Source of the DNA: Candidatus Micrarchaeia archaeon
GTDB taxonomy: Archaea; Micrarchaeota; Micrarchaeia; CAILAH01
DNA: 34,832 nucleotides
Direction: 5' to 3'
NCBI GenBank assembly: GCA_049970015.1
Contig: JBMFNT010000001.1
Location: 45,865-80,696 of the forward strand
Shown here: positions 16,222 to 27,819 of the stretch, piece by piece
How the letters are laid out: every line of letters begins with the position of its first letter
How positions within the stretch are numbered: the stretch's first letter is position 1
Notes under the pieces: generated by a model
What the model was told of the DNA's origin: nothing
Databases searched by the model: none
The model's input: only the letters and a program-made list of their open reading frames with translations
Made by a program: the position numbers and the translations under genes

Positions 16222-17475
16222 ATGAGCGATTTAATGCGTTCAGTTATAGATAACTTTTATATGTCGGATGGGATATCTAAGTATTTCATAGTGAAGCACC
16301 ATACCGTGCCACCATTATCCTCTTCATTACATTACTCAAATGCTATGTTTGAAGGGATGAGCATCCTCGGGGTTAAGAAAGGAGGTTCCATACGCCTTGG
16401 GTTGTTCCATCCTGCATTGAATTTTGAGAGGCTCAGGTATGATCTTGCAAGCCTTGGTTTTAGATGGGAGTTGTACAGTGATGAACAAATAATTGAGAGT
16501 ATATTTACTGTGTGCGCATTGAATGGATGGAACAAGAAAATAGAACTGGAGAATGAGGATACACTTATACAGAGCGAGTATGGAGACTACCATCGTATTT
16601 ATGTTCGGCCGTTAGTATACGCAAGGAATAACGCAATAGGTCTACGCGCAAAACAGAGCTTAGAGCTTATGAACTGTCTTGTACCTATGGGTGAGTATAT
16701 ATCTGGAGACCCTACAGGCATAAATGTAATGCTGTTTCCTACACCGAGAACTCTTGCATTTCCCAATTACAAGGCATCAAGCAATTATCAACTATCCATA
16801 CATGCGCTTCACAGGATGACTGAATACAACGAGAGGAATGATATCCAGTGCAACGAGGTTATTTTCGAGAATATACGTGGAAACATAACCGAGGGCAGTG
16901 GTGAGAATGTAGTGATGATAAGGGACAACGAGCTCATAACACCTCCAGTTTCTGAAGGTGCACTGCCAGGGATAACCTACCGTATAGCGTTTATGGTTGC
17001 GGAAGAGATGGGTCTTAAGGTAAGCTTTGGCACTTTCAAGTATGAAGACATAGATTCTGCTGAGTGTATGTTTCTTACAGGAAACGCAGCAGGGTTAGTT
17101 CCAATAAAGAAGGTGGTGAAGGTAGATAACCATTTTAATACTGTTGATTATATGGAAACAAAAGAAGGGGGTAACAATCCATTGTTCAGGAAGTTACATT
17201 CCGAATATTCAAAGATAAGTTTGGGTGATACTTCTTATGGAGAATTCTTCACATACCTAGACGAATGGTTTGATGAGAGTAGGCTTGATGAACTCAACTT
17301 ACTAGGTATTGAATTCAAGAAACGGCTTGCTGCTGAGGAGGACAGGTATATAGGAACAAATACACGGATTTCCTCATATCTTGAGATTCCTCCTAAGATA
17401 ATGGTCGTGCGCAAGTATTTTGAGAACAAGAAGTGGATGCTAGAAAGATTAGGTATCTCTCGTTTTCTTAAATAG
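16222..17475 (+). CDS. Class IV (fold type IV) aminotransferase, IlvE-like, with C-terminal extension
   Basis: LHYSNAMFEG, YVRP, PLP lysine in NYKASSNY, TEGSGEN, LPGIT, TGNAAG. Confidence 0.85.
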   Translation: MSDLMRSVIDNFYMSDGISKYFIVKHHTVPPLSSSLHYSNAMFEGMSILGVKKGGSIRLGLFHPALNFERLRYDLASLGFRWELYSDEQIIESIFTVCALNGWNKKIELENEDTLIQSEYGDYHRIYVRPLVYARNNAIGLRAKQSLELMNCLVPMGEYISGDPTGINVMLFPTPRTLAFPNYKASSNYQLSIHALHRMTEYNERNDIQCNEVIFENIRGNITEGSGENVVMIRDNELITPPVSEGALPGITYRIAFMVAEEMGLKVSFGTFKYEDIDSAECMFLTGNAAGLVPIKKVVKVDNHFNTVDYMETKEGGNNPLFRKLHSEYSKISLGDTSYGEFFTYLDEWFDESRLDELNLLGIEFKKRLAAEEDRYIGTNTRISSYLEIPPKIMVVRKYFENKKWMLERLGISRFLK

Positions 17476-17486
17476 AATTAGTTAAG

Positions 17487-17636
17487 TGCGGCTGCCGGGA
17501 TTCTCATTGAGGTACGGCTACATCCTCGCTTTGAACCCGGATCATAAGCTTCCTCCAGAATATTTTCTCTTCATAGTTTTTTAGAGAAAATATACTTTGG
17601 AAGGCTCATGTCCTAACCAGGTTAGACTACAGCCGC
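17487..17636 (-). tRNA. tRNA-Gly(TCC) with two introns (37/38: 17597-17551, 47 nt; 59/60: 17529-17501, 29 nt)
   Basis: GCGGCTG/CAGCCGC acceptor, TGAGC/GCTTA anticodon stem, TCC 17601-17599, CCGGG-TTCAAA|T-CCCGG. BHB cores CTTC/GGAG and TTCA/TGAG. Confidence 0.92.
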
Positions 17637-17682
17637 ATAATCCTTAGTTAAGATAACACAAATTAAAAAATTAAACTTAGGA

Positions 17683-17749
17683 TGGGGCTGCCCAGATTTT
17701 CACCTTTTTTAGTGCAGAAAGAAAGTGCTTTGAACTGGGGTCTCCAGCT
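17683..17749 (-). tRNA. 3' half of a probable tRNA-Pro with a 32-nt intron at 59/60 (17728-17697); 5' half not found
   Basis: A-GCTGG-AGAC-CCCAG-TTCAAA|T-CTGGG-CAGCCCC-A. The upstream CGGA-TAA is the 3' side of a 37/38 BHB compatible with a YGG anticodon. No GGGGCTG...CCAGC 5' exon nearby. Confidence 0.72.
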
Positions 17750-17792
17750 TATCCGGAGTATCAATCACTCAGAGGGGAAGTCAGGAATCCCA

Positions 17793-17891
17793 AACTTCTT
17801 TGGTGCAGCTTTCTTAGGCAACCCAAAGAAAGGTGCTCAGGAATGAACTTCTTTGGTGCAGCTTTCTTAGGCAACCCAAAGAAAGGTGCTC
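17793..17891. repeat. Exact 46-bp direct repeat (17793-17838 and 17846-17891, period 53), hairpin-forming
   Basis: AACTTCTTTGGTGCAGCTTTCTTAGGCAACCCAAAGAAAGGTGCTC twice. TCAGGAAT also occurs at 17781 and 17837. Confidence 0.95.
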
Positions 17892-17897
17892 CCAAAA

Positions 17898-18010
17898 AGG
17901 CTCGGCAATGGTTAAGACGCTACCCTTACATCTTTCTTTGGCTGTACGTTCATTACGGCCGAGGAATGTAAGCAAGGTAGAGATCCCCTGTTCGATTCAG
18001 GGCGGGCCCA
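17898..18010 (+). tRNA. tRNA-Val(TAC) with a 44-nt intron (17931-17974); 5' end defective or missing
   Basis: CTACC-CT-TAC-A|A-GGTAG, CCCTG-TTCGATT-CAGGG and CGGGCCC-A are intact. The 5' side reads AGGCTCG-GC-AATGGTTAAGAC and lacks the GTCT D-stem strand. Confidence 0.75.
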
Positions 18011-18114
18011 TTTTTATGTACAGTGATGTTTGAGGTTGTGCGGTATGTTTGGAATTTCAGTGAACACTTTATAAAATTTAAAGCTGGAACTAAATCATAG
18101 GGTGAAGTGGTGTT

Positions 18115-18735
18115 ATGTTTTCATGGCTGGCGGGCATAATTAATAGCATATTCGGGAAGAAAAAGAGCATAAGCCTGGGGTTGTATGGTGCACCCAATGC
18201 AGGTAAGACAACGCTTGCAAACAAGATCTCAATGGACTGGCTCGGTGAACCTGTTGGCAAGGTGTCAGAGATTCCTCATGAAACGAGGGTTGTACAGAAG
18301 AAGGAAAAGATAAACATGAAGGTAAACGGCAGGTCGCTTAACATGAACCTGCTTGATATGCCCGGGATATCAACGAAGGTTGATTATAGGGATTTTCTTG
18401 AGTATGGGTTGAGTAAGGAGGAGGCACGTACACGGGCAAAGGAGGCCACAAAGGGAATTATTGAAGCAATAAAATGGCTTGAAAATGTAGATGCTGCACT
18501 TGTTGTGATGGATTCAACTGAAGACCCATACACACAGGTTAACATAACGATACTTGGGAATCTTGAGGCAAGGAATATACCAATAATACTTGTTGCAAAC
18601 AAGACGGATCTTCCAAAGTCAAATGTAAAGAGGATACAGGATGCGTTTCCTCAATACCCTCTTGTGGCAGTATCTGCCAAGGAAGGTGAGAACATGGAAC
18701 GTCTCTATGCAGCCATATTTGAGAGAGTAAAATAA
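18115..18735 (+). CDS. oapA: Small Era-like GTPase OapA/ArvA
   Basis: GAPNAGKTT, PHETR, DMPG, NKTD, SAK. EATKGIIEAIKWL and DPYTQVN are family-typical; synteny with the next two genes. Confidence 0.9.
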   Translation: MFSWLAGIINSIFGKKKSISLGLYGAPNAGKTTLANKISMDWLGEPVGKVSEIPHETRVVQKKEKINMKVNGRSLNMNLLDMPGISTKVDYRDFLEYGLSKEEARTRAKEATKGIIEAIKWLENVDAALVVMDSTEDPYTQVNITILGNLEARNIPIILVANKTDLPKSNVKRIQDAFPQYPLVAVSAKEGENMERLYAAIFERVK

Positions 18736-18740
18736 GTGGT

Positions 18741-19106
18741 GTGAGTATGGATATACGAATAGAGTTTGTATCTTCTAACATACTTGGTGGTATGGACAGT
18801 AAAAGGCGTGTTGATTACTTGATAGATGTAATAAAAAAAGGGTACATAATCGTGCTTGAGGAAAGGCTTGATAGGGAGGATGAGAAATTACTGCTGGAGA
18901 AGACAATGGGGCTCATAGATGACAGGTTTACTGGCATAGAGATATCGAGCTTGGGTGAGTATAAGGAGGATTGGAGGAATACCATAATAAGGATGCTTGG
19001 CGGTAAGACTGGTGGGATGACTGTTATAGGCCCTGCAAAGCTGATAAAGGCAATAAAGAATGAAAAGGACAAGATCAATTTACTGGCGGGGTTAAGGGGT
19101 GAGTGA
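18741..19106 (+). CDS. oapB: OapB/ArvB (DUF2073) protein
   Basis: IIVLEERL...LLEKTM..IDDRFTGIEI...GMTVIGPA; second gene of the operon. Confidence 0.85.
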   Translation: MSMDIRIEFVSSNILGGMDSKRRVDYLIDVIKKGYIIVLEERLDREDEKLLLEKTMGLIDDRFTGIEISSLGEYKEDWRNTIIRMLGGKTGGMTVIGPAKLIKAIKNEKDKINLLAGLRGE

Positions 19107-19394
19107 TTGGTGATTATGCACAAGTGTATGGGTTGTGGGAAAGAGTACACTAGTGATGAGCTTGGCAAGTTGCGTGCGTGCCCAAACTGCAATGGCACAA
19201 CTTTTATGTTTAAGGCATCAGGTATACGACGCGTTGTAAAAAATACAGATACCAGCATTGAGTCGGACATAAAGGTTCTTAACAATGGGATTTTTGAGAT
19301 TAATGTGGGTTCGATGGCACAGCATGAGCCAGTCATAATTGAAGGAGAGGAGGGTGTTTTTTTTATAAAGTTTCCAAAGAAAATCCAGAAATAG
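19107..19394 (+). CDS. oapC: OapC/ArvC Zn-ribbon protein (start may be 19110 or 19116)
   Basis: MHKCMGCG...CPNCNGTTF and IKVLNNGIFEINV...EEGVFFI; third gene of the operon. Confidence 0.82.
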   Translation: MVIMHKCMGCGKEYTSDELGKLRACPNCNGTTFMFKASGIRRVVKNTDTSIESDIKVLNNGIFEINVGSMAQHEPVIIEGEEGVFFIKFPKKIQK

Positions 19395-19403
19395 AGTGAG
19401 TAG

Positions 19404-20282
19404 ATGGAGATTTTAAAGGAAAATACGAAGGGTGAATTCATATATTATGTGAAAGATGCGTTAGGAAAGAAAAATGAAGCTGTCAAAGAAAAGATAAAAC
19501 AGCTTATAATTGCAAGCAATTGTGAAAAATTATCTTTTGCAGATCTGCGAAGTAATACGGAATCTATATTAAAAGATATAAAGGGTAAGTTTTTCAGTTC
19601 AGATTTTTACAAAAGCATGGCAGATGATGAAAAAAAAGCATACGAGCTTCTCCTTGGTATGATGAACACAAATACATTACTGGCATGTGCCATTCATGAG
19701 TCTTCTCCTGGAAATAATCCAATGGAAAAAATCAAAAAGTTTTCTGAGATGTTGGATAAGTATGGAACTCTTTTCACAAACTGTTTGCCTTCTGGGCACG
19801 ATAAGGCATTTAGTATTGGAATGTATCAACTAACTGAACGTGCAGCAAGACAAGCACATAAATTTGGGAAGGAAATCGGTGTTGAAACCCCAATCTCACT
19901 TACCAAATACAATTCTGTTAATGATCATATAAAAGGAGCGGTACTCTTGAATATCAATAACATTGTATACCTTGTGAATAAGGCGAAATCTAATAAGATT
20001 GCAGGTGGAAGAAATCTAAGTATGCTTATTGAACTTCTTGAATCTAACGAAGCAAAAAACAAGGGTACATTTGTTGCTGGAATAATTGGGCTGATGCACA
20101 ACAGGCCAGCAAATTATAAATACATTATGTATTTCCTTGAGAATGGAAATCATAGAGGAGATATTGTAAATAATGCCTTGCAAACCTCATTTTCTAGTGG
20201 TATCATACGCAAGCGTTATTTTGAGAGTGTGTGTAGAATATATGAGCAACTAACTTTAGGTGCAGTTGCTATGAAGCAATAG
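19404..20282 (+). CDS. Hypothetical protein with lysozyme-like / lytic transglycosylase (SLT)-like motifs
   Basis: ACAIHESS, SIGMYQLTERAA, HIKGAVLL and GLMHNRP occur in SLT motif order. Confidence 0.5.
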   Translation: MEILKENTKGEFIYYVKDALGKKNEAVKEKIKQLIIASNCEKLSFADLRSNTESILKDIKGKFFSSDFYKSMADDEKKAYELLLGMMNTNTLLACAIHESSPGNNPMEKIKKFSEMLDKYGTLFTNCLPSGHDKAFSIGMYQLTERAARQAHKFGKEIGVETPISLTKYNSVNDHIKGAVLLNINNIVYLVNKAKSNKIAGGRNLSMLIELLESNEAKNKGTFVAGIIGLMHNRPANYKYIMYFLENGNHRGDIVNNALQTSFSSGIIRKRYFESVCRIYEQLTLGAVAMKQ

Positions 20283-20294
20283 CCGAAAAATTGT

Positions 20295-22484
20295 TTAATC
20301 CATAAAGAAGCTTGGGTCTGGAGGCTCTTCCGGCTCACCTTTTCTTTTTCTTGTTATTCTAACAACCTTGTCCTGCAACTCCTTTGGAAGTTTCTCATAC
20401 CCGTAATACTCATAATACCATATCGCACGGCCCTGTGTTGCACCTCTCAGTACATTTGCAAACCCAAACATCTCTGCAACTGGCACTTTTGCGTTTATCA
20501 CTGCAAGCTCCTCTTCCTGCTCAATCTCAAGTATCTGCCCGCGCTTGCCTTGTATGTTTGTGATGACCGTGCTCATATATTCCTGTGGTGTCTGCACGAG
20601 CAATTTCTGTTTCGGCTCCAGGAGCGTTATACCTGCTTGCAACATTCCTGCAAATATAGGCCTCTTTATTGCGGGTATGATCTGTGCAGGTCCCCTGTGA
20701 ACGGGATCTTCATGGATGAGTGCATCAACAACTGAAACCTTGACACCAGTGACTTTCTCTTTTGCTAGTGGTCCTTGTGCCATTGCCTCCTCAAATCCTT
20801 GTATTAACAGCTCCATGACCTCATTCATGTACTGTACTCCTTTTGTCATGTCAATGAATATGTTCCCACCAAAAATATCCTTGACATTTCTCGCTTCTTC
20901 CCTACTCAGCCCATATTGTATCAATAACTCTTGAACATTCTTGCCGCGTACCTTACCTTCAGGTATGTTCCCCTCTTCTATTGCTTTATGCACGCTTTCT
21001 TCAAGAGGCTCAACAATGACTTGGAATTTTGAATGCTTGTTTGGGGATTTACCTTCAATTGGTCCAACTTTTTTTGTGATGTACTCTTTGTAAACAACAA
21101 TGGGTGGAGATGTTACGATGGGGATCATCCTCTCATTCTGTATCTTTGTCTCAATAATCTCAAGATGCAGATCTCCCATACCATATATCAAGTGTTCCCC
21201 GGTATCCATGTTCAGCTCAACTTTGAATGTTGGGTCCTCCTTTGCAATATCCCTTAACACATCTATGAGCTTTACCAGATCCTTTGGGTTCTTTGCCTCG
21301 ATTGACTTTGTGACCACGGGTTGTGAGTAATGCTTAATCTGGTCAAATGGGCTCATCTCAACCTCACTCAGCGTCTCTCCCACATATAAATCTCTCAACC
21401 CAACAATTGCAACAATATTCCCTGCGGGCACATCCTCTACATTTACCCTATCAGGGCCCATATATATGCTGACCTGCTGTATTTTACTAATCTCACCGGT
21501 TGATGCTTTCCTTATTTCAAGCCCTTTCTTTGCAACGCCGCTGAATACCCTGCATATTGCAACTTCACCTGCGTGCTTGTCCATGGCCACTCCAAAAACC
21601 ACTGCGATAAACTTCCCATTTGCATCACATGATGACATCCATTTATATACATCAGTGTCATGTTCTCCATGCCATATTGAATTTATCCTGTATGTCTGTG
21701 CCTTTGGAGGGGTGGGTAGATGAGTCACCACCATTTCAAGCAACACCTCATCAAGGGGTGCCTTTTCAGACAGCTCCTTATGCCTCTCCTCCTTACAATA
21801 ATTGTATATGTCAGTAAAATTAACTTTCAACTGCTGCATCGATGAAAAGCTTATCGCCCACTTGTTGAATGCCGAGCCGAATGCCACATTTCCCTTGTCA
21901 ACCTTTATCTGCCATTCTTCCTTAAACTCAGTGGGTGCGAACTGCGATATCAGCTTGTTGACTTTTGCTATTATCTTTATGAGCCGCTCCTGCATCTGTT
22001 TTGTATCAAGCTGCAGCTCGTTTATCAACCTGTCAATCTTGTTTATGAAAAGCACAGGCTTTGACCTTTCCTTCATTGCCTGGCGCAGCACTGTTTCTGT
22101 CTGTGGCATTACCCCTTCAACAGCATCAACAACTAACACTACACCATCAACAGCACGCATTGCGCGCGTAACATGCCCTCCAAAATCAACATGTCCGGGT
22201 GTATCTATAAGATTGATAAGGTAATCTTTTCCTTGGTACTCGAAACCAAGGGAGATGTATGCTGCCTTAATAGTGATCCCTCTCTTTTGCTCAATCTCAT
22301 CAAAATCCATAACCCTTTGCTCTCCCGCAAACTCCTTACTCATAAGGCCAGCGCGGGCAACCAGCGAATCTGTCAGTGTAGTCTTTCCGTGATCAACGTG
22401 TGCGACAATAGCAATATTCCTTACTCGCTCAAGATCGGTCATTAACTTCTGAACTTCAGATGCCATATATTCCTTCTTTGTCAT
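20295..22484 (-). CDS. fusA: Translation elongation factor aEF-2
   Basis: AHVDHGKTT, RGITI, DTPGH, NKID, diphthamide loop HEDPVHRGPAQ. Start trimmed to ATG 22484. Confidence 0.97.
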   Translation of the reverse strand: MTKKEYMASEVQKLMTDLERVRNIAIVAHVDHGKTTLTDSLVARAGLMSKEFAGEQRVMDFDEIEQKRGITIKAAYISLGFEYQGKDYLINLIDTPGHVDFGGHVTRAMRAVDGVVLVVDAVEGVMPQTETVLRQAMKERSKPVLFINKIDRLINELQLDTKQMQERLIKIIAKVNKLISQFAPTEFKEEWQIKVDKGNVAFGSAFNKWAISFSSMQQLKVNFTDIYNYCKEERHKELSEKAPLDEVLLEMVVTHLPTPPKAQTYRINSIWHGEHDTDVYKWMSSCDANGKFIAVVFGVAMDKHAGEVAICRVFSGVAKKGLEIRKASTGEISKIQQVSIYMGPDRVNVEDVPAGNIVAIVGLRDLYVGETLSEVEMSPFDQIKHYSQPVVTKSIEAKNPKDLVKLIDVLRDIAKEDPTFKVELNMDTGEHLIYGMGDLHLEIIETKIQNERMIPIVTSPPIVVYKEYITKKVGPIEGKSPNKHSKFQVIVEPLEESVHKAIEEGNIPEGKVRGKNVQELLIQYGLSREEARNVKDIFGGNIFIDMTKGVQYMNEVMELLIQGFEEAMAQGPLAKEKVTGVKVSVVDALIHEDPVHRGPAQIIPAIKRPIFAGMLQAGITLLEPKQKLLVQTPQEYMSTVITNIQGKRGQILEIEQEEELAVINAKVPVAEMFGFANVLRGATQGRAIWYYEYYGYEKLPKELQDKVVRITRKRKGEPEEPPDPSFFMD

Positions 22485-22485
22485 T

Positions 22486-23094
22486 TTAACGTGCACCTCT
22501 TGCAACCCTCTCGATCTCATCTCTTTTCTTTATTGCATAGCTGTTTATGTCGCCTTTTGATGCAAGCGTAAGTTCTTCTGCAAGAGCCTCTGCCATAGTT
22601 TTCTTTTTTGCAAAAGATTGCATTACAGTTGCGAGCACAATATTCCTGAGTGCAGTATCCAACCGCCTTGATGCTGAAACATCAACCGCAACCTGGTAGA
22701 ATACCCCTCCAAACTGTACACGTGTAACCTCTTCCCTTGGTGCAGAGTTTTCAATAGCATTTATCAGCACTTGTATAGGGTTTGTCTTCTCATTCTTATA
22801 TATTATGTCGAATGCATCCTGCACTATTCTCATTGCAACGCTCTTCTTACCCTGAAGTTTTCCGTGCGTTCGTATTACTTTTCCAGAAAGCTTTTCACCC
22901 GTCCCGCCACGCATAAGCTTGTTGACAAGCCTTTCTACTATGTTAACATTCATTTTCTCAAACTGCTTTTTTGCGTGCCTGCCAAAAGAATGTGGTATTA
23001 CTATGGGCCTGAGCGATATATACTTTGCCAGGCCCCTATCATTTACTACAACTCCATCCCAGTCATACCTGTCAAATAACTTTGTACTGCTCAT
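22486..23094 (-). CDS. rps7: 30S ribosomal protein S7 (uS7)
   Basis: KLFDRYDW, IVERLVNKLM, NPIQVL..AIENSAPREE, AVDVSASRR, KKRDEIERVA. Start trimmed to ATG 23094. Confidence 0.95.
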   Translation of the reverse strand: MSSTKLFDRYDWDGVVVNDRGLAKYISLRPIVIPHSFGRHAKKQFEKMNVNIVERLVNKLMRGGTGEKLSGKVIRTHGKLQGKKSVAMRIVQDAFDIIYKNEKTNPIQVLINAIENSAPREEVTRVQFGGVFYQVAVDVSASRRLDTALRNIVLATVMQSFAKKKTMAEALAEELTLASKGDINSYAIKKRDEIERVARGAR

Positions 23095-23108
23095 ATGAAC
23101 ACCTATAC

Positions 23109-23531
23109 TCATTTCTTAGTCTTCTGCTTCTTACCACTTCTCAGTTCGGAAAGAGAGATACCATTAACAGCAATCACCTTATATCTTACCCCTGATATGG
23201 ACCCCATCTGCCCTTTCTGCGACCCACCAAGCCCAGCGACTGTTACCTCATCATGCTCATCAATAAAGCTTATTGCCTTGTCTCGTGGTACGTGTGCAGT
23301 TACAACCTTTCCATTTTTCCTCAATTGCACACGGACACATTTTATAAGCCCAGAGTGCGGCTGTTTTTGTTCAATAACCCTTTTTTCTAGCACTATCCCA
23401 TTACCTATCGGTGCACCTTCAAGCACATCATACCTGTACTTATGCTTCCTCATACTAAGGGATTTCTTCTTCATTTTTCTTGAAGTGCGCTTTTGCTTTA
23501 TTATTCTTGCAGCAAACTCTCCTTTTGCCAT
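23109..23531 (-). CDS. rps12: 30S ribosomal protein S12 (uS12)
   Basis: [43 protein letters not shown]. Confidence 0.95.
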   Translation of the reverse strand: MAKGEFAARIIKQKRTSRKMKKKSLSMRKHKYRYDVLEGAPIGNGIVLEKRVIEQKQPHSGLIKCVRVQLRKNGKVVTAHVPRDKAISFIDEHDEVTVAGLGGSQKGQMGSISGVRYKVIAVNGISLSELRSGKKQKTKK

Positions 23532-23550
23532 AACCACACCATTTTATAAC

Positions 23551-23961
23551 CTAAACAATGACCTTCAACTCCTTTCCAAAGAGTCGTTGGAACAGCCTCT
23601 TTGAAAAGGCCATGACCGCCCCGCGTCTGACGGCATACCTGTCGGGCGTGCTTAATTTAACAAGGATAACCTTTTTATTGTTTTTCTTGTCTTCCATTAT
23701 GACTGGTGCCTGAACATTTATCGATTTTTTTATGAACTCTTCCTCCGAGTTTATGTTTTCAAAAACATACACTCCTTTATCAAACCTTTTTCTGAGCAGC
23801 GCAATGTTTGCGCCACTCTTGCCTACTGCCTTACCTATGCTGCCCGTAGGTACAAGAAAAGCCACACCATCCTGCGAAGATATACAATAAATTGGCTCCA
23901 CTTTAGTAATTTCATAAAAAGCTCTCATGTATGCAAGCTCATCGTTTGATATCTTTTGCAA
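23551..23961 (-). CDS. nusA: Archaeal NusA-like KH protein (divergent)
   Basis: IGKAVGKSGANI KH loop; conserved position between L30e and S12. Confidence 0.8.
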   Translation of the reverse strand: MQKISNDELAYMRAFYEITKVEPIYCISSQDGVAFLVPTGSIGKAVGKSGANIALLRKRFDKGVYVFENINSEEEFIKKSINVQAPVIMEDKKNNKKVILVKLSTPDRYAVRRGAVMAFSKRLFQRLFGKELKVIV

Positions 23962-23972
23962 TCAACTCACTC

Positions 23973-24272
23973 TCACTGCTTTGCTGTAGATAGTATATCA
24001 GAGTCTCCAGGCTCGATTATGGATATCACATTTATAGGGTATGGCTTACCACATACAACTCCCAACTCTTTTGCATTCCCTTCATACTCAATCCATGGTA
24101 TATCTCCCGCTTCTGCAGCTTTTCTTATGCTTACTTTTATATCGTTGGGCGCATTTGCTGAAAATATAACAAGCTTACACTTGCCGCTCATAATTGACCT
24201 AATAGATTCATTTTTTCCGAGCATTACTTTCCCCGTATCCACAGCCATTCTTATTGACTTTTGTATCTCCAT
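23973..24272 (-). CDS. rpl30e: 50S ribosomal protein L30e
   Basis: AVDTGKVMLG, ELGVVCGKPY, IIEPGDSDIL. Confidence 0.95.
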   Translation of the reverse strand: MEIQKSIRMAVDTGKVMLGKNESIRSIMSGKCKLVIFSANAPNDIKVSIRKAAEAGDIPWIEYEGNAKELGVVCGKPYPINVISIIEPGDSDILSTAKQ

Positions 24273-24276
24273 TATA

Positions 24277-27811
<3,535 letters not shown>

Positions 27812-27819
27812 ATAATCAC

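Noticed and set aside
17793..17891. CRISPR array (also considered for 4258-4414 and 12260-12409)
   Set aside because: Only two copies each, units of 46-75 nt, spacers absent or too short (0-16 nt), and no cas genes in the window.
17833..18033. 66-aa ORF here, and the 67-aa ORF at 34574-34777
   Set aside because: They overlap tRNA-Val and its repeat, and the 5S rRNA plus nitroreductase antisense, respectively.
18011..18114. Replication origin next to the oap operon
   Set aside because: No ORB-like (TCCA..GGA plus G-string) boxes, no long AT-rich unwinding element and no cdc6/orc1 gene seen.
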